This document shows positions 20,437-33,819 of a stretch of DNA of 64,000 nt, piece after piece. Each line of letters starts with the position of its first letter. The first letter of the stretch is position 1. The position numbers were made by a program, and so were the translations under genes. The stretch comes from Ramazzottius varieornatus (Eukaryota > Animalia > Tardigrada). Below the pieces are notes generated by a model. That model made no database searches. It was given only the letters and a program-made list of their open reading frames with translations, and had not been told where the DNA came from. The stretch lies in the NCBI GenBank assembly GCA_001949185.1, contig BDGG01000006.1, forward strand, positions 416,827 to 480,826, given 5' to 3'.

Positions 20437-23400
20437 TCATTTCGTTTTCTTTCGGACGCTGTGGGGCTCCTTGGACTGTCTACGCTTGCTGCTTTTCTTC
20501 ACCGCACCTGTCACTGCTTCTTGGCAGTGGGCATTCAGCTGACTTTTCTCGCTTTTATTTTTCTTTTTGCCGTTATTCTGGCGCTGACAGAGATTTTTTA
20601 GGAAAGGCGAAGTTTCGTCTAACTGCAGTGGTGGCAAGGCCGTCATCTGCAGGTCGCCACTTTCCCAGCGCGCCGTCTGTGACAGCTTGCTGCTTGGCGG
20701 TTGCTTCTCTTCCATTACCTGATTGAAATGAATGAAGCCGTCGCTTCTGGGTTTCTTGTCGGCACCGAGGTGACTAGATGGGGCGACGACGTACGGCAAC
20801 AGGAACAGCGGCCCTTGCTGAGGCTCGGCCTCCCTTCCAAAAAAATCACAAATAGAAGTTTGATCATTTCAATATACCAAACTTCAACAAATACAATATT
20901 TATTTATTTTCGAAGATAACAAGGATATTGTGTAATAATTTAATGAATAAGATAAAAAAGTGCTCATGTACGATTTGGAACGCATACGTACGAACCTGAT
21001 GAAGCTATGAACAGCCACAATGCACTGCTGCTCCCCAGGTGCCTTGCTGGCCGTCATCAAATGAGCCCCTGTTTGAACCCAGCTGAAACCTCCGTTATGG
21101 TTCATCAGACGATAGTATGAGCTGAGGCTTTGTCCTTTGCGCAGCACTGAAAGAAGAGATGACTTGAGGTTGGTGTCTCACAGGAAACCTGTAGATGAAC
21201 AACGTACCGTCGTCATGGAGGTCTCTCACCGCCTCAAAATCCCTTCCGTAGCAAAGAGAATAAAAGCTGGTTCCGATCAGAAGATCTTGTGGACAGCCTG
21301 TCAGTGCTTCCAACCTGCAACATATCGACGTTTGACTCGACAGCCTTGCTTTGGATAGATTCAGCACGCAATACACGGTAGTGTGATCGATACACATGGA
21401 ATAAATTGTAGGAAAATGTCCCCAGCAAATTATCAGCTTTGAGCTGGAGGACGATTGAGTTTACGTGTGCATGGTCAAAGACTATGGTATGGTGGTATAT
21501 TGCATTGAAAAGATGACCTCAGATCGCAGGACATAATTTTGAGGTCCAGCGTCATTTTTGTGGTGACTGATAGGCTGTCCAGTCGCAATTCGTTGATGTT
21601 CAAGGAAGGAAGAGCCGTGGCGAAGACGACGTAACCAAGCTTTAATCGCTCCTGTCCGCAGTTTGACCTTTCAAGCTTGTCGTAGCGACTCAATCCATCC
21701 TGTTCGCTTTCATCCGACGAGTAGCGAGACTGTACTTGCAAGGAAAGAACCTGCAAAATCCCGGACCATTTCAGTCTAGCCTGGCTTAGCCGCTCAATAA
21801 ATGAAATGAAAAAGGAAATCGTTTTGAGAATCAGTAAATCTTACCCGATAGCCGGAATAGCGCATCTGCACGCCACGTTTGGTCAATGTCGAACGGAAGC
21901 GGATACACAGCGCCGTCTTGCGGTGACCATTATTCCAGCGCGCTTTGCCCCCGGTGATCTTACTGTACGGTAACTTCAGCCTGACAGGTTCCACCTGCTT
22001 CAAGTCGTCCATCGGTTCACTCTCCGAGTCCGACGGAGGCTCAAAGCTTGACGGTACCGAGGAATGTCCTGCATCGTGATCGAGTAGGCTCACCGCCGAA
22101 GGATCATAGGCTATCCCTGACGCCTCCGAAAACTCCACCCGGTCATCTATTCAATCAAGACAATCGAAACCCATCACAAACGTCCAAATATCGAAGCAGC
22201 AAAATTTCCCAGTAAATATTTCGCTCTGTCGTACCTTCGTGGATATACTCGAAAATACTACTTCCGGTTAGTTCCACCTAAAAATCGACATCAGTGGTAC
22301 CATCCGTATTTTGTCACTACCCACTTAGAACGTCATCTTCGTTTGCCATTTTTTTGTTCAAGTTGGTACCTGTGAAAGACCAAGGTAAATGGAGACCGTC
22401 TCCGAGATGTAGAGAATGTTACCATCCGGCGACAGTGCTGCCACAAAGCCGTCGTGAGCCTGCAAAATGGTGGAGCCGAATGTGGCGTCGAAAGCCTCTC
22501 TGGAAGGGCGTACAATGGATACCAGCTGACTGCCTGAAAGCGCCCAAATATTTACATGATCCTTGAGGGCTCAAGAAAGTGCACACTTCAAAGTCTGCAG
22601 AGTGATCGTGATAGGGGAGCAGAATTAAGTTGATCTTATGGTGGAGATCACAGTCAATTACGCTCTGTCAATAAAGTTCCATTGCTCTTAATGAGAGTAA
22701 ATTAGATGGCGGATTGACCACACATCAAATCTAATTTGCATAAATCAATATGGCGCGTGTTGAGCAAGAGCAGATCAGATTGCTACCCTCCGGCTGACCC
22801 TCCTGTTCACGAAATATCCTGGAAACATGTTCGGCCTTGTGGTCCATTGGCAATCTCCCACCTATACGAGGTAGGCCACGCTCGCGAAAAAGCTGGTCTT
22901 CTAGGTCATTGATCATATCATAATATCAACTTGCAAAAACAGCAGCAAGTCGTGAGCTCCGTTGTACGAGTACCGTACTTTTGAATTTCGTCTCTTTAGG
23001 TTTAGAGAAGATTCCAATTGAGCTGACAGCTTCTCTAAACCTAAAGAAACGAAATTCAAAAGTACTGTACGGTACTCGTGCTACAGGCTGAAACGGCCAT
23101 AAACAGAATTGAAAATTGGACGGTTAATAATGCTGCACCTGGTTCAATGGTGGCGTGTCTTGTGCCCGGCTGAGACCACGAAGGGTGGCCTTCGATGGAA
23201 AAAGCGCGTAGTTTCAGGGAGCTGATGCAGAGCCGGACTATCGACGCCTTGTCCAGTTGGCTGGTGATAGCGGTGGGCAACGGTAGGAGCCTTGACAGGG
23301 CCAAGAACTCGTGGTTCTCTTTTCCGCGGCGATTGCGGGCGGCGTCACGTGATTTCTCCTTCCGAATTTCCGTCACACTAAAAAAGCAGAAGATGTTAAT

Positions 23401-24938
23401 CTCGCCAGCAGTACAGTTTACAGTCTACAGTCTTATTCACAAATGTCATGCTACCGAATCGAAGAAACGCCTGCAAAATTTCCATGGTTGAAGGGTTCAT
23501 GGAGTGTGCCAAGAACCTACCAAGGTAGTATGGATAAGCGCGGGTCAGGTCTGGAAATATGATAAAGTGGGGCAGTATACTGCAAAGCATGCATGGGAAA
23601 GACCATGCGATGAAGCATCATCGACTGACTCAGGCTGGAGTGCAGATTGGTCCGCCGCTCAGACGGCGTACCTCCACCATTCTGCAAGTCAACTTCCTGA
23701 TCATCCGCAATCAGAACCATCGTTCCTCACAGAGCGAGAAAAATAATGCAGTCTTGATCACGGCTGTCTTTTAAACCTAAAGCTCTTCCGCGTTTCAGTA
23801 ACAGCAAAGTTTTCCCAGAGCAACATAGGCAGGATCAACTCGGCAACTTTCGACGATTTTCTACGAGATCTAAGGGGCCACACAAGTGGAACAGATGATT
23901 TTATCCTCATGTCTCCTTCAGAACAAGTACCGAAACAGGAAAAGTGGTCCTTTCCTTTCTGCAAAAGTTGCCCAAGTCACTTGACGCATCCCGTCGCTAC
24001 AAATGAAGCATTGTCCCCAATTACGATACATTGCATGCACTGTATGACACTGGGCGGATAGAGTTTCCTGTATATCCATATGCTAGGCCATTACAATGCC
24101 CGGCACGTTCTGTCTAGCTCAACCACATTAGCCCTGTCCTAGGAAAATTCTTCAGTACGTGACGTCTATAGGTCAGTCAGAGGACGACAGTCCCTACATC
24201 TTGATTTCCAGATCATTTAGTTAAAGTAAGCAAGTGCAGTTGGGACTGGTGGATTTGCATATGGATGGCGCAAGGAGCTTCATCACTGATGCCCATCTCC
24301 GGCTACTGTCCATACAAGGCTTCATTTGTCCCGCCTTTCATCGCTCCTTCCCATGGGATGCTCAATTGACCAAGGTCACAATTAGGCTGAAGCAGTGCAT
24401 GTCAGTTGTAGGACGCACCATACTGAAGGGAATTAAGACACACCTCACAGCAAGCCGGAAAAGGCAGCAAAGAACATCTTACTCGCATTTTTTGTAAGTC
24501 GGAGTTGTGCACCCATAATCCGAATGGAGATATGTGCTCAGCGATGCCGGCGAAAATCCATCTGCAGGCGATAAAACTCTGCAACACAAAAAACCGCGCT
24601 TTTGGAAATGCATGGCTGGGTGATTTCTTGTTTGAAATTACATCGAAAAGGCCCAACGAAATTTTCTGAATTTCGACGTAAACCTAATTCGAGTTCATTT
24701 CAGCGTACATGCCAATCCACTGGCCGTCTTGAAGCCTCTGACTATGAAGAGGCGAAACTGTCTTTTCGTACCTTTCGGGGATTTGGATGGACAAATGCGA
24801 AGAAGCCGAACTGGATAGCGGTTGACGGCAACAGGGATGAGGATAGAAATAGGCTGCAGGTTCCACATTTACATCACGGAAGGCATCGGGAAAATACTGT
24901 CCACGATGGTCCTCTTCGGTCGGCTGATATCCCTCCAT
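20437..24938 (-). CDS. trh: Trachealess/NPAS1-3-like bHLH-PAS transcription factor
   Basis: [63 protein letters not shown]; PAS-A exons with [13 protein letters not shown]; [32 protein letters not shown] putative first exon 24938-24772 splices in phase into the bHLH exon; the 5' end is less certain. Confidence 0.88.
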
Positions 24939-25655
24939 TCGAGCGCACAACAGCAAAAAAGTTATGTATCAAACATTTTACTTCAGTTTTACGACTCTGT
25001 TCGATTCGTAGGGCAAACAAACTCATCACTGACCGTCATATTTCCATACACTTTTGCAAGAAGACTTTCTACAACATTTGCGCATTGACCGTTTGAGCTA
25101 TCCATAGTTGGACAGAAGCTTGCAGTTGAATTCTTGGGAATGGTAACAGTGTTCACATGTGAATGTTGTCGTATTGATGGTTGCGTTTTTTGTAGCGAAC
25201 AACAATAACACTAACTGTCACCGTTTATCGCCTTCAACATCACTTTATTGCCCTCCCTGTCCTCTCTGCAACCTCATGGTCCTCGTACAGTGATATGATA
25301 AGCAGAAGCCTCTAGCCCAAAGAGCCCAGCATCGAATTATGCGTCACCTGCCCCTGCTCTCCATCTTTTCATCAACAACAAGAAACTCGACAGTGGAAAT
25401 ATGTCATCATCGAAAACCAAAAAGGTTTATTGGGGCATAAATTTGCATACTTTGGTGCGGTATGTACTGTATCCATGTCGATGTCGGACCGCAGCCTGTA
25501 TGAAAAATGCTGCTGGACGATTTTAAACAGTGCAGTGATCATGATATAATGAGCTCATAAAATGATGGCACTATACCAGGCGTTGACCACCTGCCACGCT
25601 TGATTACGCATACTTGGCCAATATTGTACTTTTTTTAATTTCGTGGATAAATTTT

Positions 25656-27759
25656 TCAGCTGCTTTTGGGGGAGCATTTAATGAGATTCAGCGGCGCATC
25701 ATTGCTGAGATGGTCTTTGGGCGGGCCGAGCAGTTCGACCTCCGCTGAGGCCATTTCGGTCTTGATAGGTGGCGTCTTTATGGTCGTATGGCATATCCAT
25801 GGACGGAAGGGCAATGAAGTGGACGGGCTGGGTGTGAAGAAGGGTGTGGTGCCGAAGATATTGCGGCAGAAAGCGCTGGGCAAGAATGTGGGGTTGAAGC
25901 CGAAGCTCAAGTTGGGAATGATACTGTCCATGGAAGGATTCCATGAGAAGGGGGACAGGGAGGGTATTTGCAAAAAGATTGGGCTGAGTGTGGGCAGTGC
26001 AGTGGACGGGCTGCTGCTTTCGCTCTTGATGGCTGGTGTCACCGGTGTATGGGAGGTGGAAGGGGTGGCGGTGGTAGGTGGTAGCGGTGAGGAGGAGGAT
26101 GTGTGGTCGTCGACTTGGATGGACGAACGTTTTTCGCGATCTGGAGTACGTTTGGAAAGCATGTTGCGTTCCTTGATTTTATATTCGAGTGTGCTGTGAG
26201 GGATGCCGAATAAGTGGCCGGCACGGTGTACTGTCATGTCGCCATTTTTGACAGCTTTGAGGGCTTCGTCCAGATCACCCTTATCATACCTACGTAGAAA
26301 ACAAAGTCCAAGGAAGCTGCTAGCCAGAAGGCACAAAGTATGTAGTTCTTCAATAAGAAGTGGTACACGCATGATAGAAATTATAGACCATTAAAAATTA
26401 TTAGACAGGCGGAAAGGACAGCAAAAAGGGAATTCGACCGTAGAAAAGTGTCGACGTGTATTACTGTGAATCGGTCACGTACGTACGTGCCTCCGTACCG
26501 CCATAGCGAAAAGGCCTGTCCCATAACTTTTACTGTCCCATAGTTTCCCATCCTGCGTGTACGGCAACGATCCACAGTCGGTCGAAATTTCAAAATCATT
26601 CTCGAAATGACGTTGACATACTGTACCTACGTTTGCATTGAGAAATGAATGAACTTACTCGGTCACGCTGGCCATCTTACCTTCGGTAGCGCCCTCGCTT
26701 GTTGCGTGAAGCGTTGCTGCTACCGTTGAGATCTTGGTCGTCGTTCTTGCGTTCAGCTTTACTTTTCTCGGAGATGTGGCGGTTGATGATCTGCTTGAGG
26801 GCCGAAGTGAGGTCTTTGCTGGCGGCGCGTTTCAGTTCTCGGGCTGGCTCCTTCTTGGTCGCTCGTTGCCCATCTTGCGCAGTATGAGCTCCCTTCTTCG
26901 TCTTGTCGCTCACCTCAGCAGTCATCTTTTCTTCTGTCATCTGCACGGAGTTGCCTGCTTGAAGGTTGCTCTTGCCTTTTGATTTCGGTTCTCTGCACGG
27001 TGTCTTTCGATGTTGTTTCGAGTGCTTACGTGAGTCCTTTTCCTCGCCAAACAGTGGGGAATTTTTTACAGCGACCACGCCCTTTTGTCTGACACTGACG
27101 TCTGTGTTGGCTTCACCAGGGATCTCGTATTGCCGGTGACAGAGGACATTGTTCTTCGGTTTCGATGGTGAATCGTTGTACTCTTTTGCGGCTCTTGGCT
27201 TTTTAGGCACGCTCAAATCGGTTGGTTTGTCCTCATCAAGCAGAAACGAACCGTCCATCCGGGGAATTTCGAACCTGCCTGTCGACAGTCCGTTGGGTAG
27301 GTTTACAAGCGCTGGAAAAGCCGCGTGGGTTTTCTTGTCCGAGGCTTCCGCCACGCAGAAAATACATTGCGGTTCCAGCTTCCAGTCAAGTGGTTCTTTC
27401 ACCGTTTCCAACGCTCCCAAGTTTGCTACCTTTTTGCGCAGTGAAGCCGACAGACGACGGTCCACTTTGTGCAGGTAGAAGTGCGCCGCGACTTCCATCC
27501 CAGTTGCCCGCAACGTGTTGGTCACATTCTTCTTGAAGGTCTTCTGGATCAAGCGCAGCTTTTTCTGACAGTAAAATGGCGTCTTGCAGAACTCCTTTGG
27601 CATGTCGAAAAAGTGCGGCGCCAACGGCTTTTGCTTTCTCCACTGGACAAGTCTTCGCCGCGAAGCATCATGGGAGTCATAACACAGTCTCGAACCGTTT
27701 ACATGAGACGCGTTTTCTGTGCTCATTTGCATCGGAGCTTTTGTTTCGGTCGTCAGCAA
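25656..27759 (-). CDS. E93/Eip93F (Mblk-1)/LCoR-like pipsqueak-HTH transcription factor
   Basis: WKLEPQCIFC motif, CtBP-type PTDLS and APLNL, and KRGRYR|RYDKGDLDEALKAVKNGDMTVHRAGHLFGIPHSTLEYKIKER across an intron (~26681/26291). The exact start is uncertain. Confidence 0.85.
26366..26559. mobile_element. MITE family A copy in the E93-like intron
   Basis: TA-CACGC...GCGTG-TA; the body is the reverse complement of 14385-14585. Confidence 0.85.
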
Positions 27760-29498
27760 AGAGCTTCTGGGGGCCTCCTGGGTGTTCCGTTTTATGCGTG
27801 GGCTTCCTGGAACTGTTAAAATAGTTATAATATTGATCGGGGAAGACTGGAGTGAGAAGGTCTGGTTGTGGGTAGTGAAATCGGAAGGTGAAGGTTTGTC
27901 AGGCTTACGGGAGCTATTTTGAGCTCTTGAGTGAAGAAGGTGCGGGAGCGGGGTCGTCGTGATGACGTCGAGGTCTGCCTGGCTCGTCAGGCGGGATGGA
28001 TGATCAGTGTCAGTTTATAAATCCTTTTGATGCTGCCACTCGTTACCCAAAATTATTCGGCATGCAAATTTTGCAACCTGTTATCGATTTTTATCTCGGT
28101 ATTTTGGCAGTCATTTTACACCGTGCCGTCGTCTGATACATGCATTGTAACCCACTCAGCTCTCCATCGACGTCTGTCGCAGTTCAGGTTTCCTCCAAGA
28201 CTGTGCCACACCGACAAAGACTCAATCAGGATCCGAAAAACCTGCAAATGAAATTAATTTGCCACGACAAACTTATTGCAACGATTCGATGGAAATACAA
28301 TCTCCCAGAATAACCTAACATGAAGCTGTTTCAACCTTCACTCTGCAATGTGGAGATTAACGTAGAAGAAATTTCAATATGCGAACTATCTTGCTGTTAC
28401 CGGAAAAATTCATCTAGGCTTTGAAATTGGAAATTCTGCTAAATATCATCAACTTACTTCCGCAATAATATTTTTGAACTCGACAATAGAGCCAGATTCA
28501 CATACCATCAAGATTTGTCGACCAAGGGCGTTGCTTCGTGGGAAACTCGAAATGTGTTAAGTGCTGGTCGGGTTAACCGTAGCAGTCTTTCGAGAAAGCT
28601 ATTTGTTCCGAAGACTTTTAGTAAAGCCAGCCGAAAACCTGCGATCAGCGCGAGGTGAGGAAGGTGCGTACTGCGTGCACATGCACAGCACTACACAGAG
28701 AAATGAACTGCCCAAAAGATAGTCAGCAAATCATAATTGTGACAGGAAGCTCCACGGTGCATTACGTTAGCCATATAGTCTTGGTTCTCTCTCTGCTGTG
28801 CCTGCAGTGAAGGAAAGTGCAGAGGCAACACGCTCTCCATCAGGGACAAAAGACAGGAAGAAGGCGAAAGATGATTTGAGCAACGTTGGCCAGATCAAAA
28901 GAAGCTCGGCCCTCTGTGTACACTGTATACGCTACCTACTGACTCGTACAATTGTATCAATCGACCCAACTGACAGAAAAGGTGGATATAACTGCCACCA
29001 AGATTGGTTAGCCTACTTGCCGAAACATGACACATTACCGTCCCGTGTGTTTCCCTTCTCTAAGAGCCCGTCTATCGAGTGTGGACTCCTGTCCCATGTG
29101 CAAGCCGGGACGTACTCGCTCGAGTGCTTTTTAATTAAGCCAACCTGTCTTCCCTCCTTCATGTAATAGTTACGGTCCAAGTACAACTCGACTGCCTACC
29201 TTCGCAAAACGACAGATCGATGATTACATAACAATCAACTTTCGCCTTGTACTGAGAACTTTGGGAAGACGAACAAACCATCATGTCGCAATTCATTCGT
29301 GAAAAATATTTTATCCGTTCAGTCCACAAAAAGTTTCTGTAAAACTACGATAAAGAAAAACTAGCTTCTAATGTTAGTAAGGGCGAAAAGTTGAAGCTTT
29401 GATCAAAACAAGATCAAGAACGAAAGACATGATTGTGATGGGCATGGCAGAAACACCCATGAAAGAACAAGTCAAAAGGGTTGTCTGAAGCAGAGGTT

Positions 29499-30823
<1,325 letters not shown>

Positions 30824-31809
30824 CCTGATACAATGTCACTGAAGGTCGATGGTCCAACTGGTCGGCAAAGTGGTATTACCTTCATAGCGTCCTCTCCCGA
30901 AGAAAACCCCACGAAGGCAGTTCAAGGCACGAAGGAAGGGAAATCTGAGAAATTCAAAATCAATAATTAATTCTACCTCACGTTCCATTCAGCAATCAAT
31001 CGTAGTAAAGGGGCGTGGCGAGAATGAGCTACTTTGTTGGTTGATTAAGATTTCAGAACTATTGATCATGCATGCGCTGCTGAATATGGCCTTGCAGTCT
31101 ATGCTATGGACAAAGAGACTAGAAGGGGTAGAGGACCGCGTACGTCTCCAATGATCACGCCAGTCTTACAATGATAAAGTCATTACCGGACTAGCGACCA
31201 TTAAAGCTCGAGGTCACATGGACGAACTTGGGTGACCAACAGCTGCTTGGACTAACCGACAGTTTGGCCTTATGATCGAGTCGTTGCCCATTAACTATGT
31301 ATGCAGGTACATAAAAGCGCCTGCATTTGTGGCGTAGGTCCGGCAAGCACGTAAATACGGCTCACTGCGGATCTGCTACCGTAAGTATCGAACCACGTGG
31401 GTAAAGGCTCACAGGTAAGCAAGGCACGTGACACTCAAGCACTTCTAAATGAATTCACCAGGTTATTGCGTAAGCAGCTTGACATCCCGTGCCCGACGAA
31501 GCTTCTTAGCTTCCTTCCGCCTGCTGCTTTCTCCTCGCCACCTGTGTACGCTCGGATTACTGGTGAACGTTAGCCTTCCACTGTGCTATTGAGTTTGCAC
31601 GGTTCCATATGATCGTGCTTCGACGCTGTATAACCTAGGAATCTTCTCAATTTAACAGTCGAGCAACCGTAATGTAACCGACTCTGCCGGGGCGTGGCCT
31701 CTGTGTGTATCGGACCAATGGTGTTGTTCGCCGCAGTGGTAAGTGCCTCTACCGCTTCCATGTTTTGCGCCTCTACGGTATACACAGCGGTTCCTCTACC
31801 TCCTCTAAT

Positions 31810-32080
31810 ATAGAGATTAAGTTGCCACTCCCGTTCACTTTGCAACTGTAGCTACGGCCTTGCTCCGCCCCTTTCGGGACGCGTAACCACATTTTGCTTT
31901 CCAGAGCTCCCCTTATTTTCGAGAAATAGCGTAATCGGAGTTACGGTTGGCTAGCATTGAGAAGCATGGTGGCTGCCCAACTATTCAACGTTCTGATCAG
32001 CTGCTGCGCTTATGAGTGACGTTGCAACTCATCTTAGCTACAGTGGGACTTTCATCTGGCGGTGGCAACTTAATGTCTGT
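31810..32080 (+). mobile_element. MITE family C, non-autonomous relative of the 45602-48807 element
   Basis: TIR ...ATTAAGTTGCCAC...ACTGTAGCTA; the first ~180 bp are clearly homologous to 45602-45783; flanks are AAT and ATT. Confidence 0.85.
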
Positions 32081-32180
32081 ATTACAGACTTTGCTATGGA
32101 GAAGTGATTAGTCTGATCAAGTTTCAATTTTTCCCAGAAAATAAATCCCCTTCTCCCATCCTTCATCTTCCAGACGTACA

Positions 32181-33326
32181 ATGATGGATCCTACTAACGC
32201 TCTCAATGGTCTGCCCGAAGGGGATGAGTCGGCTCAACAGCAGAAGGTAGCTGAGATAGGCTTAGTAACGGATGATGAAAGCGAGGAGTCGCAAGATGAG
32301 AGTGAGGCCTCAACCGAAGGTGCGGAACCAACAGACTCTGAGGAGGCCACATCAGCCCCTACTATGTCAACAGCGTCTCCGGAATCGACGCGAGCTTCTT
32401 CGGATGCCCAGCCTGCAGCGGCGCCAGATGCAGCACCCGCGGAAGACGGGCGGGAGACGAAGAAAACGCGCAAGAAGACCAAGCACAACTGGTACACCAT
32501 TCCGGAGATCAATCGGATTCTGGCCTCGTATCGCGAAAGCAACATGTCCCGAAGAAAGTTCTCCTCCTTGATGAAAATTCCCGAAAGCAGCTTGCGAAGA
32601 TGGGAGGCGTAAGTTTTTGAAAATAATATAGAACACCATTTTCTAAATTTTCTTTGACTATAATCAGTATAATTTCGTCAGAGTGGCGCATAGCGTCACG
32701 AACGGCATGTTGAGCAGTACGTGAGATTCGTTATGTTATGCGCGAATCAAACGGGGTTGTGACAATAATATTTGTTGTACAGCCGGAAGATTCCAAAAGG
32801 TGAGCCAGCGCGTCGTTCCGCCAAGTTTCCGGCAATCGAAGAAGAAGTGTACAAGTGGTACAAAGACCAAGTAGCGAAACGGCTGCCAGTCTCGAACATC
32901 GATATTCGTCAAAAAGCTCGAGAAATCGGGCTGAGGGACAACGTTATCCATTTCGAAGCTTCTCTTGGCTGGGTGACCAAGCTGAAAAAGCGCAGGAAGA
33001 TGAAGACGTCCGATGCTCGATTCAGCTCCTTCAAAGAAAAAGTAACGATCCTACCAGAAGCTGAAGAAGAAGCCGTCAGGACAGTCAAGCCTCCCAAGAG
33101 GGCACCGAAGAAGCAGGCCAAACCTGTCGAAGCAAAGAAGCCCAGACTGATCCTCCCGAAGCTAGGCAAAGATGCACCAAAAAAGGGGATGGCGAATGAG
33201 AAGGTCAGGATGAGCATAGGGACCGTCACCAAGCCTATCGCGAAAAAGACTACAAAGTCCAAGACTTCGGAAAAAGCGGTCGGACCTCCCGCTCAAAAAT
33301 ATCTCTTCATTACCATTGATCATTAA
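32181..33326 (+). CDS. CENP-B/pogo(Tigger)-derived tandem-HTH DNA-binding protein lacking a DDE domain
   Basis: Exons 32181-32608, 32682-32720 and 32783-33326 join in phase. YTIPEINRIL...KIPESSLRRWE is a psq-like HTH; KFPAIEEEVYKWY...LPVSNIDIRQKAREI...FEASLGWVTKLKKR is the CENP-B HTH. Acidic N-terminus and K/P/A-rich tail. Confidence 0.85.
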
Positions 33327-33417
33327 CGGTTGAGTTACTTTACTGTTGTCTTCATGTATAAAATAAAATGTATCGCTCGCTGCCTTTTTTGACTGTCCGA
33401 CACATTTTTGAAAACGC

Positions 33418-33689
33418 GAGCTCGGCAAGCAGAGCTCGACCAGATCGTTTTTTCCAAGTGGCGCACGTTTTCAATGTCATTAACAGCAAGCGTGCGCCAC
33501 TTGGAAAAACGAATTTGTCTATCATAGTGGCGCACATTTTCGTTCTTGTTGGTCGAGAGCGTGCGCCAGTTGGAAATAGGATCAAACTCATCAGGATTGA
33601 TTTCCCAAGTGACGCACATTTTCGGTGCTATTGGCTGGACGAGTGCGCCACTTGGACGAACGATCTGGTCTAGTTTGTTTGCTGAGCTC
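33418..33689. mobile_element. MITE family B, best-preserved copy (three internal hairpin units)
   Basis: TIR gagctcggcaagcagagctcgaccagatcgtt versus aacgatctggtctagtttgtttgctgagctc; three AGTGGCGCAC-N~25-GTGCGCCACTT units. Confidence 0.85.
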
Positions 33690-33819
33690 TCATTTGCACT
33701 TTACCTATCAGTAGTTTACTCTCGAATTTAGCTGCATTTCGCTCTGGAGAAGAACTGAAGAAGGGTAAATGAAGAGTGTCGATTATCGAGTCGAGTCAGA
33801 TGTACTGAATGTCTCAGGG

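Noticed and set aside
25666-26199. Long antisense ORFs over real genes (also 54802-55302, 7703-8128, 32234-32545)
   Set aside because: Shadow frames of the coding strand with no independent motifs.
33418-33689. CRISPR-like look of conserved motifs alternating with variable ~25-nt segments
   Set aside because: The motifs alternate in orientation, lie inside TIRs and recur as dispersed copies in a eukaryotic genome with no cas genes. A MITE explains them.
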